Origin: Waddliaceae bacterium
GTDB lineage: Bacteria > Chlamydiota > Chlamydiia > Chlamydiales > SLFE01
DNA length: 64,000 nt
Assembly (NCBI GenBank): GCA_963783885.1
Contig: CAWAPJ010000001.1
Location: 112,764 to 176,763, forward strand
Reading direction: 5' to 3'
Both the position numbers and the translations under genes were made by a program. How positions within the stretch are numbered: position 1 is the first letter of the stretch; every line of letters begins with the position of its first letter. Shown piece after piece: positions 9,759 to 19,319 of this stretch. The notes beneath the pieces are model-generated. The model saw only the letters and a list, made by a program, of their open reading frames with translations, had not been told where the DNA came from and did not search any database.

Positions 9759-9903
9759 TGCAAAACCGATTTTTGAGCGATTTTGCCGAAATTCGTCATT
9801 TGATGCAAATTCACATACTCCTAAGAGTAGGGAATTTGCATCAAATGGCGAAGTTCGGTGAAAGCGCCAAAAAGCGGTCTGCAGGAGTTTTGCAATTCCC
9901 TCT
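9739..9903. repeat. ~165-bp palindromic element (family B)
   Basis: AGAGGGAATTGCAAAA...TTTTGCAATTCCCTCT outer arms; CATTTGATGCAAATTC/GAATTTGCATCAAATG inner arms. Confidence 0.9.
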
Positions 9904-9924
9904 AAAATCCTGAGGAATCCACCC

Positions 9925-12900
9925 ATGGAACGTCCTCGCAAAAATGAATCTAAAGAAATCGTTTGTCCTTCCTGCGGCTCCCACTTCTTCTTGTCGGGAG
10001 ATAAAAAAGCACATCCCGCATTTTGCACCTACTGCGGCCATACTTTGGACCAGTCGAGAGACCAGGAAACCACCCTGGAGGAAATTTCTTTTGTTCAAAA
10101 ACATATCCCCGATGAAGAGTCAGTGCAGTTCAGCATCGGGTCTTATCAAATTCTAAAAAGAATCGGCAAAGGCGGAATGGGCGAAGTCTTTCTCGCCTAC
10201 GACACCGAATGCGGCAGAAGAATTGCTTTGAAACGTATCCGTACGGATTTAAAAAACAGAAAACAGCTGCTTCAGCGCTTCCTGAAAGAAGCGCGCATCA
10301 CAGCCCAGCTCACCCACCCGTCGATTATTCCTATTTATACCATCCACGAAGATGGACAAAATATCTATTATACCATGCCCTTTGTGGAAGGAGAGACGCT
10401 CAGGGAAATCATTAATAAAGCCAGAAAACTGGAAAAAAAAGGAGAGAAATCCGAAAGCGCCGGAACGTCGATCCCCTCGCTGGCGCGCATTCTCGTCAAT
10501 GTTTGCCAAGCGATCTCCTATGCACACTCACATGGGGTTCTTCACAGGGATATCAAGGGAGAAAATATCATTGTCGGAAAATTCGGAGAAGTCATGATTC
10601 TGGATTGGGGCCTGGCAAAAATTGTGAAGTCTCCTCCTGAGGATGAAGTTTTTGAAGAAGAAAAGCCGACATCGCCCGATATCACTGCCATAGGGAAAGT
10701 TGTTGGTACAATTTCCTATATGGCGCCTGAAAGGGCGAGAGGCAATCCCGCAACGACTCTAACCGACATCTATGCTTTGGGCGTACTCCTCTTTGTTATC
10801 CTCACACTTCGGCATCCCTTTAAACGAGGCAATCTCGAAGAATTTCGAAAAACCATGGTCAACGAAGTGTTCAAGGATCCCGCAGAAATCGCCCCTTACA
10901 GGGACGTCCCCCAACTCCTGGGGCAAATTAGCAGAAAATGTTTGTCGGTTAATCCCGAAGAGAGATATCAAACCGTAGACGAACTGATACACGATCTGGA
11001 AAACTATATTGAAGGGCGCTCGGAATGGTTCGAAGTTTGCCAGCTCGATATTCTTCAGAAAGACGATTGGCAGTTTCAAGAACATGTCCTAATGGCAGAG
11101 CAGATGGCGATCACAAGGACACCCGAGTCTTCGCAATGGGTCACTTTGATGATTTCCGAAAAGTCTTTTGCGGAAAACATACGAATAGACGCCAGGGTCA
11201 AGATTTACTCCGACGGACATGGAATCGGTTTTTTGCTGAGTATACCCGAAACTTCAGAAAGGCGGCATTTAAATGACGGGTATTGCCTTTGGCTGGGTAC
11301 GGAAGATCATAAGGCGACCAAACTTCTGAGGTCGACAGTCGAGGTTCTTCACACGCCCGACATCTTTCTCGAAAGCGGCGTTTGGCACCGGATACGCATT
11401 GAAAAAATTGACCATAACATCTATTTTTATCTCAACAAAGCTCTTCAATTTTCCTATATCAGCCATATTCCCTTAACGGGTACCCACGTCGGATTGATCT
11501 GCAGAGACACAAACTTCGACCTGGAATCATTTTCAGTGTCGCTCGGAAGCCAAAGCGTTATGGTCAACTGCCTCACGGTGCCCGACGCATTTTTAGCCCA
11601 CAAGTATTATGATATAGCGCTGAGCGAATACCGAAGAATCGGCTATACCTTTCCCGGACGGCAGGAAGGACGAGAAGCCATGTTCCGGGCGGGGATCACT
11701 CTTCTCGAACAAGGCCGCTATCAAAGCGAATTGAAAAAATCTCAGGAATTCTACGACCTGGCTCTTCAGGAATTCGAAAAGCTTCACCGAACCCCGGGAG
11801 CTCCCCTCGAATATTTAGGCAAAGCTCTTGTTTATAAAACACTACAAGACATATCCGAAGAAGTTAAATGCTACATGCTAGCTTATAGAAGGTATCCGAA
11901 ACACCCTCTTCTTTCCGTGCTTGACGAGCAGGTTGCCTACCGGATGCACGAATGTTCCCGATATCATCGCCATGCCACTTATGAACTTGTCCTTCTTGTA
12001 AATCGGCATATCCCGACTGTTCAGAAAACCCCGCATACACAAAAACTTATCGAAACGCTGCAGAGGCACTGGGAAACGCTTCCCTTCATTCAAAACGATC
12101 CTTGCGGCGCACACGTTAGCAAAGTCAGCAATATCTCTTTTAGCCTTCTCCTAAGTTTTTGGCTGGCCAAACCGCTATTCATCGAAGAGTTGATCGATTC
12201 CCTCATCAAACTCGACAACATTTATCCCATCACATTTTTTAACGCCCTTTACTGCATCCTTGAGCTTGGGGCGGCAGACCTAGTCAGCGAGCTGTTTGCC
12301 AAAACATTGGAAACACGTCCTGAAGACGAGAGCAAATTTTTAATTAAAGCCTTCACTCCCTTTGCCTTCGCTGTCAAAGCCGAAAGAGCCCCCATACAAG
12401 AGGTCCTGGAAGATTTTCTGATCTCCCTCAAGCGGGAGATCAACTTTAATGAAATGCGCATCCTCATTTATTTAATCGAAAAGGCACTTTCCGAAGAAAA
12501 AACCTCCCTAGTCTATGAAGCACTCGATCGACTGAATATCACGCAGCTGGAAACAAAGCAGCGGCTGAGGCTCGACTATTACCGCATCTGGGCGCTTTTG
12601 ATCGATAAGAGATGGAGCGAAGCGGGAAAAGTATTTGAGAGGTACCCTCTTGAATATATCGGAGAGGAAAAAAGCGCCTTTCACTTTCTCTACGGATGCT
12701 GGCTTTATGTCACTGAGGGACCTGAAATTGCCAAAGCCCATTTTTCAGGGGTTCTGGAAGTTTCCTTTCCCAGAAGCTGGACACTGGCCACACACTACAT
12801 CAACGAAAGGTTCTACGACGGACACCGCTGGTTTCAGCAGGCCTTTATGTGGGAAAAACGGCAGCTTTACAGACAGCTGTCGCTCTATTACCACTGCCGA

Positions 12901-12966
12901 GGCGACCAGCAAAAGAAAGATCTTTATCAAGAACTGGCAAAAAAACAGGTGATCAATGCAGATTAA
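9925..12966 (+). CDS. pknD: Ser/Thr protein kinase, chlamydial PknD type, with N-terminal CxxC...CxxC zinc ribbon
   Basis: IGKGGMGEV, ALK, HRDIKGEN, DWGLAK and YMAPE motifs; long C-terminal region. Confidence 0.85.
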   Translation: MERPRKNESKEIVCPSCGSHFFLSGDKKAHPAFCTYCGHTLDQSRDQETTLEEISFVQKHIPDEESVQFSIGSYQILKRIGKGGMGEVFLAYDTECGRRIALKRIRTDLKNRKQLLQRFLKEARITAQLTHPSIIPIYTIHEDGQNIYYTMPFVEGETLREIINKARKLEKKGEKSESAGTSIPSLARILVNVCQAISYAHSHGVLHRDIKGENIIVGKFGEVMILDWGLAKIVKSPPEDEVFEEEKPTSPDITAIGKVVGTISYMAPERARGNPATTLTDIYALGVLLFVILTLRHPFKRGNLEEFRKTMVNEVFKDPAEIAPYRDVPQLLGQISRKCLSVNPEERYQTVDELIHDLENYIEGRSEWFEVCQLDILQKDDWQFQEHVLMAEQMAITRTPESSQWVTLMISEKSFAENIRIDARVKIYSDGHGIGFLLSIPETSERRHLNDGYCLWLGTEDHKATKLLRSTVEVLHTPDIFLESGVWHRIRIEKIDHNIYFYLNKALQFSYISHIPLTGTHVGLICRDTNFDLESFSVSLGSQSVMVNCLTVPDAFLAHKYYDIALSEYRRIGYTFPGRQEGREAMFRAGITLLEQGRYQSELKKSQEFYDLALQEFEKLHRTPGAPLEYLGKALVYKTLQDISEEVKCYMLAYRRYPKHPLLSVLDEQVAYRMHECSRYHRHATYELVLLVNRHIPTVQKTPHTQKLIETLQRHWETLPFIQNDPCGAHVSKVSNISFSLLLSFWLAKPLFIEELIDSLIKLDNIYPITFFNALYCILELGAADLVSELFAKTLETRPEDESKFLIKAFTPFAFAVKAERAPIQEVLEDFLISLKREINFNEMRILIYLIEKALSEEKTSLVYEALDRLNITQLETKQRLRLDYYRIWALLIDKRWSEAGKVFERYPLEYIGEEKSAFHFLYGCWLYVTEGPEIAKAHFSGVLEVSFPRSWTLATHYINERFYDGHRWFQQAFMWEKRQLYRQLSLYYHCRGDQQKKDLYQELAKKQVINAD

Positions 12967-13483
12967 AACATTGAATAGCAACATTATCCTCGATGAGTTT
13001 CTCAAAGTCAAAAAAGAACATCTTCGTTTCCCAAACGGTTATGAGCACAACCACTACACCCTTACACTGCCTGCGAAAACATCAGTTTCAATCGTACCCG
13101 TCACAGAAGATGGGCAGCTAATCATCAACGAAGAGTACCGGCACCCCGCCGGGGGAAGAGTTCTCAGCCTTCCCGGCGGTTTTCTTCATGAAAATGAATC
13201 GCCCAAAGAAGGAGGCAGACGTGAGCTGCTTGAAGAAACGGGCTTTGAGGCAAAGAATTTTAAGGAACTGGGTCGATCATTCCCTATGCCGGGCATCTGC
13301 GACCAAAAAGTGATCTATGTTCTCGCTGAAAACTGCCGAAAAACACGCCAGCCCGAGCTTGAGGGGGGAGAGATTATACAAACGTTTACATTCTCGCTTG
13401 AAGAGCTCAGGGATAAAATCAGGCAAGGCGCCGCAGTCGACGGCATCCTTCTTACCGGCCTGTGCTTTTATCAGATGGGGTAG
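12956..13483 (+). CDS. NUDIX hydrolase (ADP-ribose pyrophosphatase-like)
   Basis: Nudix box GFLHENESPKEGGRRELLEETGF. Confidence 0.9.
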   Translation: MQIKTLNSNIILDEFLKVKKEHLRFPNGYEHNHYTLTLPAKTSVSIVPVTEDGQLIINEEYRHPAGGRVLSLPGGFLHENESPKEGGRRELLEETGFEAKNFKELGRSFPMPGICDQKVIYVLAENCRKTRQPELEGGEIIQTFTFSLEELRDKIRQGAAVDGILLTGLCFYQMG

Positions 13484-14997
13484 GCCGCTTTAAGCGCCTC
13501 CTGCCTTTTTTTAAATTCATTTTTAATCGCATCGCATCGTTTTATATCTCCGCGCTTCTTAGCAGCCATAAACTCATTTTTGATAAATCCCATGACAGGA
13601 ACCGGAGGAATTTTGCTGTTTCTTAACTGTTTTTGATATTTCTCTTTAGTGTCGATTATGCTATTAAATGCCTTGCTCAATTCCTTCTTTTGCAAAAGTT
13701 GATTCAAACACATTGCAATCTCAAAATTTTTTACTCTGATAGACTCATTGAACAAAGCGATGAGATTGTCCATGAGATTTTTTCGTTGTTTTATCTTTTT
13801 TGTTTCCAAGATCTCTTGATGCAAAACCTGATAAAGGCTATCAGCAAGCCGATCGATATTACGGGACACGAATTTTTCTATACAATTTGCATGCCACCCT
13901 GCCATGATTTCTGTCACTTCATGGACTCTTAATTTTCTTATAAGCATTCGGCGATCTACGTTTTCGGATAGGCCTGCTTCGCCCGCGCTGCGGTCTCCAG
14001 GAACGTATATCAGCGAACGCTTACATTTTCTTTTTTTCAAGTCTGAAACTTTGGGGGATTTCATCTTATCAATTCGCAATATTAATTGCCTTATGTAGCC
14101 CAATCTTTCACACAGAAGATCAGAAGATGAAGTTAAAACAAATATTTTCTGAATATAAACTCTTAACTGATATAAAAGGACGAATGTATTGTTGATATTA
14201 CTTTTCCATATCTTATCAATCACCATTGTGTGATCAGGGTCTATGACAAATGAACATTGAAAATACCGATTGTTTTCTAGACAATGCTCCAAATAAGAAT
14301 GCATTAATTCCCTTGTTACGACAATATTATGATCCAACAGGCTGATCTGGGGATCTTTGATGTCAGGACCTTGTAGAGTTTCATTAAAAAAAATGCGACG
14401 GCATAAATTTTTATATATATCAGGATATTTGTTTTTCAGAGAATTATAAGTCCTCTTGATTAACAATTGGTATATTTCTTCATCCGACAAATCAGGTTTT
14501 TTTTCCCACAATATCTTCATGATAATGAAATGACACAGTTGGACTGAGCGATAGGATCTTAGACAAGGCTTTAAATCTTCGGATAATTGTTCCAAAGTAT
14601 ATTTGACATTGTTCAAGACGATAGAGTTGTATTCAGATTGCAATTGATTTCTAAATTTCTCCGATTTTGATATTAATTGAAAATAGAAGATTCCCGAAAA
14701 TTTCCAATTATACTCAAATCCAAATTTAGAAAATTTTGTTGCGACATCCAGATCCGACCAACTGGCAGGTTTCAGTTGAATCACTTTTTGAAGAATATTT
14801 GTGACTGTAGACAAATTCCTGTTTTTTTCAATGCAACCAATCTGATAAAGGTCTTTTAAACACTCTTCCGCAATGTTGTCAATTTTGGGGCTTTTTTCAA
14901 TCTGCCGATTGACATATCCTAGAGAAAACTCTACTGGATCCGAACCTTCTTTATAATCCGGATATAACGTTCTCCAGTTATTCTGATAAATTATCAT
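13471..14997 (-). CDS. Hypothetical protein with C-terminal RasGEF/CDC25-like region; candidate effector
   Basis: EILETKKIKQRKNLMDNLIALFNESIRVKNFEIAMCLNQLL and YQKQLRNSKIPPVPVMGFIKNEF resemble CDC25 conserved regions; AT-rich sequence. Confidence 0.55.
   Translation of the reverse strand: MIIYQNNWRTLYPDYKEGSDPVEFSLGYVNRQIEKSPKIDNIAEECLKDLYQIGCIEKNRNLSTVTNILQKVIQLKPASWSDLDVATKFSKFGFEYNWKFSGIFYFQLISKSEKFRNQLQSEYNSIVLNNVKYTLEQLSEDLKPCLRSYRSVQLCHFIIMKILWEKKPDLSDEEIYQLLIKRTYNSLKNKYPDIYKNLCRRIFFNETLQGPDIKDPQISLLDHNIVVTRELMHSYLEHCLENNRYFQCSFVIDPDHTMVIDKIWKSNINNTFVLLYQLRVYIQKIFVLTSSSDLLCERLGYIRQLILRIDKMKSPKVSDLKKRKCKRSLIYVPGDRSAGEAGLSENVDRRMLIRKLRVHEVTEIMAGWHANCIEKFVSRNIDRLADSLYQVLHQEILETKKIKQRKNLMDNLIALFNESIRVKNFEIAMCLNQLLQKKELSKAFNSIIDTKEKYQKQLRNSKIPPVPVMGFIKNEFMAAKKRGDIKRCDAIKNEFKKRQEALKAAYPI
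13940..14024. mobile_element. MITE-like palindromic element (family A) inserted in frame in a CDS
   Basis: ATAAGCATTCGGCGATCTACGTT...AACGTATATCAGCGAACGCTTAC, flanked by direct repeat ATTTTCTT (13932-13939, 14025-14032). Confidence 0.85.
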
Positions 14998-15073
14998 TTG
15001 CTTCCCTCATGATTACACAAAAGAGCAATTTTATATCTAATTTTGCAAAATTAAGTCAAAGAAAAAAATGAAT

Positions 15074-15102
15074 AAAACCGAGGCCTAAAGGCCTCGGTTT
15101 TT
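15074..15102 (-). terminator. Rho-independent terminator after rpoC
   Basis: AAAACCGAGGCC-TAAA-GGCCTCGGTTTT hairpin with T-runs. Confidence 0.85.
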
Positions 15103-15107
15103 GTTGA

Positions 15108-18100
15108 TTACTTTTTGGAGTTAACCGGTTCGACAGACTCGAAGTCGAAGACAAGGTCTTCGGCTTCGGCAGAATCAATAGACGCATATGTTCGCTTATG
15201 CTCATCGAATCCGGTTCCGGCAGGGATAGTGTGTCCCATAATGATGTTCTCTTTGAAACCTCGCAGATAGTCCTTTTTCCCTGAAAATGCAGCTTCGGTA
15301 AGGATACGGGTTGTATCCTGGAAAGAAGCAGCTGAAATAAAGGATTCGGTACTCAAAGACGACTTAGTGATTCCGAGAAGAAGTGGAGCCGCCTGTGATG
15401 CTTTGCCGCCTTCTGCCGTCACCTTCTCGTTTTCGGTCTCAAACTGCTTCTTGTCAACTTCCTCGCCGAACAGAAGGCTTGTATCGCCGGGATCGACTAC
15501 GCGCACCTTTTTCAGCATTTGCCGAACTACGATCTCAATGTGTTTGTCGTTAATATCGACACCCTGCAGGCGGTAAACTTCCTGCACCTGATTGACCAGA
15601 TATTTCTGAAGTTCGCGCACTCCGCATACCTCCAAAATCTCATGGGGAATGACCGATCCGTCGGTAAGCTGCTGTCCTTTAACTACATGATCGCCACGTT
15701 GAACAATCAAGTGTTTTGTATGAGGAATCAGATGCTCTTCCTGCATGCCCGATACTTCATCGCGAACGATGACAAGACGCTTATTTTTGTGCACACCGAA
15801 ATCCACGATTCCATCGATTTTAGCAATCTCGGCAGCATCTTTAGGCTTGCGCGCCTCAAGAAGTTCGGCAACGCGGGGCAGCCCCCCCGTGATGTCCTTC
15901 GTCTTCATCGCTCCTCTCGGCAGACGGGCCAGCAGTGTTCCGGCTGAAGCGAAATTGTTTTCTTCGACGGAGATAATCGCCCCGCTTGGGATCGGATAGG
16001 TTCCGACCAGTTCCTTGAAATCCTTGTCGGAATAAATCGCGATTTGCGGGTGAAGCTCGCCGCGGTGCTGCTTGACAATCAACTCCACCTGGCCTGTTTG
16101 CTTATTCGTCACACGCTCGGTGGAAATCCCTTCAACGAGATCCTCATACTTCGCGTAGCCCGGCCTGTCGCAAATAATCGGGATATTGTGCTGTTCCCAC
16201 TCCCCGATTTTTTGCCCTTTCTTGACTACGGCTGCGTCCTCGACAAATATTCTAGTACCCAGTTCGATGTTGATTGTTTGCAGCGCTTCGATGGATTTGG
16301 TGCTGAGAAGCTGTTTGTATTCCTCAAGCTTCCTACCTTCATCCCTGACGATATTGAGGGTACCGTTTTTGTTAAGAACTACCCAGTTGCCTTCGTCATT
16401 TTGAACGGTCCTTAAGTCGGTGTAGATGACAACGCCATCGCTCTCAGTCACCAACTCGGGACTGATGCTTGCAGAAGCAATACCCCCGATGTGGAACGTT
16501 CTCATCGTCAGCTGTGTACCCGGCTCTCCAATCGACTGGGCCGCTATGATGCCTATTGCCTCGCCCAGGCTGACCTTTCGGCCATTAGCCAGGTTAACGC
16601 CGTAGCAAGTCGCACAAACGCCCCATTTAGTTTCGCAAGTGAGGACTGAGCGGACTTTGACTGTATCGATACCGGCGTCGTCGATTCTCTCCGCCTGTTC
16701 AAGGGTGAGGACATCTCCCGCTTTGGCAAGAAGCTTTGACTTGTCGCCGGGCTGGTAGATATCTTCGCACACGGCACGGCCGAAGATACGGTCTTTGATC
16801 GGCAATAATTCTTCCTGCCCCTGCTTGATCGCCGAAACCTCGATTCCATTCAGCGTGCCGCAATCTTCTTCGGTCACAATGACGTCAAGAGAGACATCGA
16901 CAAGCCTTCTTGTCAGGTAGCCGGAGTCGGCTGTTTTGAGAGCGGTATCTGAAAGCCCTTTTCTCGCTCCGTGAGACGAGGTGAAGTACTGCCCGGGCGT
17001 TAAACCTTCGCGAAAGTTGGTTTTAATCGGATATTCGATAATTTCACCGGAAGGTTTGGCCATCAGGCCCCTCAGGCCGCCGAGCTGCTTAATTTGAGAT
17101 TTGGTACCCCGCGCTCCGGAGTCGAGCATCATAAACAACGAGTTGAGTTGTTCATTTTCAATTTTGGAGATCATATCGAAAAGGATTTCCGAAATCTTTT
17201 CTGTCACTTCGGTCCAAATGTTGATTACTTTCGATTTTCTCTCCCCGTCGGTAATGATACCGTCGTCATATTGCTTCTTGACAGAGCTCACTTGTTTTTC
17301 GGCCTGTTCAAGAAGCTTTTTCTTTGCTTCGGGAACTTTGATATCGCTGATACCGATTGAAATTCCCGACTTTGTCGCTTCGTAGAATCCAATACTTTTT
17401 AAGTTGTCTAGAAACCGAACGGTTTTTTCAAGGCCGACTCTTTTGTAACATTGGAGGACAAGTTCTCCAAGCCTCTTTTTGGGAAGCTGGTAGTTTTGAA
17501 ATCCAAGTTCGTCGGGTACAATTGTATTGAAAATCACCCGCCCCGGCGTAGTTTCGATGATGCCGACTCTTGTCCTGAGCTTAATCTTCTCATGGAGTCT
17601 CAGACCCCGGCCTAGATTATCCGTACGTCCCTTTTCTCCTTCTTGGTGTTTTTCGTCGAACCAGTTGTAGCTCCCTGACGAATTCAACGCGAGCAGAACT
17701 TCCCGATTGTCTCTGAAAACTTTGACCGGCTTCCCGTAATCCTCAGGATTATAAATGGGATCGTGCATCAAATAGTACAGACCGAGAGCCATATCCTGAC
17801 TCGGAACGGCGGAGGGCTTGCCCGATGAAGGGAGGAATATATTGTCCGGCGCCATCATCAGCATGCGTGCTTCGATTTGCGCTTCTACCGAAAGAGGCAC
17901 ATAGACTGCCATCTGGTCACCGTCGAAGTCGGCGTTGAATGCCGAGCAGACGAGCGGATGGACGCGTATTGCCTTTCCTTCAATGAGGATCGGCTCAAAT
18001 GCCTGGATACCCAGACGGTGGAGTGTTGGCGCGCGGTTTAAGAGAACCGGGTGATGCTGAATGATCTTTTCCAGCACGTCCCAAACTTCCGGGTCATGCC

Positions 18101-19295
18101 TCTGGATCATCTTTTTTGCCGATTTTATGGTATAGACATACCCCAGATCCTTGAGCTCTTTGACAATGAATGGTTCAAACAGCTCAAGAGCCATCAATTT
18201 AGGAAGGCCGCACTGATTAAATTTCAATTCAGGGCCGACAATAATAACGGAACGGCCGGAATAATCGACACGTTTACCCAATAGATTCTGTCTGAAACGG
18301 CCGGATTTACCCTTTAGCATTTCAGAAAGCGATTTAAGCGGACGGTTGCCGGCGCCCATTACCGGGTGGCCGTGACGACCGTTGTCAAAAAGAGCATCGA
18401 CAGCTTCCTGAAGCATCCGTTTTTCGTTTCTGACAATGACTTCGGGAGTTTTGAGTTTGAGTATCTGCTTTAAGCGGTTGTTTCGGTTGATAACCCGGCG
18501 ATAAAGATCATTCAAGTCCGATGTCGCAAAACGCCCGCCATCAAGGGGAACAAGAGGACGGAGGTCCGGAGGTATCACCGGAATTGCGGACATCACCATC
18601 CATTGGGGTTTATTCTCGGAGCTCATAAAGCTCTCTACAATCTTAAGCCGCTTGGCTATCTTCATCCGTCCCTGTTGAGACTTTGTCTTCCTTAATTTTT
18701 CCTTAAGCTCATTAAGAATGATAGAAAGGTCTTCCGATTGAAGGAGATCCTGAATTGCTTCACCGCCCATTTTAGCGACAAAAGCACCGCGTCCCCACTT
18801 TTCCTGCGCTTCGCGGAATTCGACATCGTCAAGAAGCTGTTTTTTTTCAAGATCCGTTTCTCCCGGATCTGTCACAACCCACTCTTCATAATAAATGATT
18901 CTTTCAAGATCGCCAGCAGTCATACCTAAAAGATTGCCTATGCGGGAGGGCATTGTTTTGAAAAACCAGATATGAACAATAGGCACTGCCAGGTCTATGT
19001 GCGCCATCCTTTCCCGGCGCACTTTGGACAATGTCACCTCGACACCGCAGCGATCGCACACGATTCCTTTATGTTTAATCTTTTTGTATTTGCCGCAAGC
19101 ACACTCCCAGTCCCTGGTAGGCCCGAAAATCTTCTCGCAAAAGAGTCCGCCTTTTTCAGGTTTGAAAGTACGATAGTTGATCGTTTCAGGTTTTTTTATT
19201 TCGCCCCGAGACCATTCATTGCAAATGACTTCGTCTGAAGCGAGCTGAATCGTCAAACTATCAAAATGTTGCTGCTGCTGTGTTTCTTCGGCCAT
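15108..19295 (-). CDS. rpoC: RNA polymerase beta' subunit
   Basis: NADFDGD catalytic motif, zinc finger; 1395 aa. Confidence 0.99.
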   Translation of the reverse strand: MAEETQQQQHFDSLTIQLASDEVICNEWSRGEIKKPETINYRTFKPEKGGLFCEKIFGPTRDWECACGKYKKIKHKGIVCDRCGVEVTLSKVRRERMAHIDLAVPIVHIWFFKTMPSRIGNLLGMTAGDLERIIYYEEWVVTDPGETDLEKKQLLDDVEFREAQEKWGRGAFVAKMGGEAIQDLLQSEDLSIILNELKEKLRKTKSQQGRMKIAKRLKIVESFMSSENKPQWMVMSAIPVIPPDLRPLVPLDGGRFATSDLNDLYRRVINRNNRLKQILKLKTPEVIVRNEKRMLQEAVDALFDNGRHGHPVMGAGNRPLKSLSEMLKGKSGRFRQNLLGKRVDYSGRSVIIVGPELKFNQCGLPKLMALELFEPFIVKELKDLGYVYTIKSAKKMIQRHDPEVWDVLEKIIQHHPVLLNRAPTLHRLGIQAFEPILIEGKAIRVHPLVCSAFNADFDGDQMAVYVPLSVEAQIEARMLMMAPDNIFLPSSGKPSAVPSQDMALGLYYLMHDPIYNPEDYGKPVKVFRDNREVLLALNSSGSYNWFDEKHQEGEKGRTDNLGRGLRLHEKIKLRTRVGIIETTPGRVIFNTIVPDELGFQNYQLPKKRLGELVLQCYKRVGLEKTVRFLDNLKSIGFYEATKSGISIGISDIKVPEAKKKLLEQAEKQVSSVKKQYDDGIITDGERKSKVINIWTEVTEKISEILFDMISKIENEQLNSLFMMLDSGARGTKSQIKQLGGLRGLMAKPSGEIIEYPIKTNFREGLTPGQYFTSSHGARKGLSDTALKTADSGYLTRRLVDVSLDVIVTEEDCGTLNGIEVSAIKQGQEELLPIKDRIFGRAVCEDIYQPGDKSKLLAKAGDVLTLEQAERIDDAGIDTVKVRSVLTCETKWGVCATCYGVNLANGRKVSLGEAIGIIAAQSIGEPGTQLTMRTFHIGGIASASISPELVTESDGVVIYTDLRTVQNDEGNWVVLNKNGTLNIVRDEGRKLEEYKQLLSTKSIEALQTINIELGTRIFVEDAAVVKKGQKIGEWEQHNIPIICDRPGYAKYEDLVEGISTERVTNKQTGQVELIVKQHRGELHPQIAIYSDKDFKELVGTYPIPSGAIISVEENNFASAGTLLARLPRGAMKTKDITGGLPRVAELLEARKPKDAAEIAKIDGIVDFGVHKNKRLVIVRDEVSGMQEEHLIPHTKHLIVQRGDHVVKGQQLTDGSVIPHEILEVCGVRELQKYLVNQVQEVYRLQGVDINDKHIEIVVRQMLKKVRVVDPGDTSLLFGEEVDKKQFETENEKVTAEGGKASQAAPLLLGITKSSLSTESFISAASFQDTTRILTEAAFSGKKDYLRGFKENIIMGHTIPAGTGFDEHKRTYASIDSAEAEDLVFDFESVEPVNSKK

Positions 19296-19319
19296 GAATT
19301 TCTCCTACAAATGGGAAAA

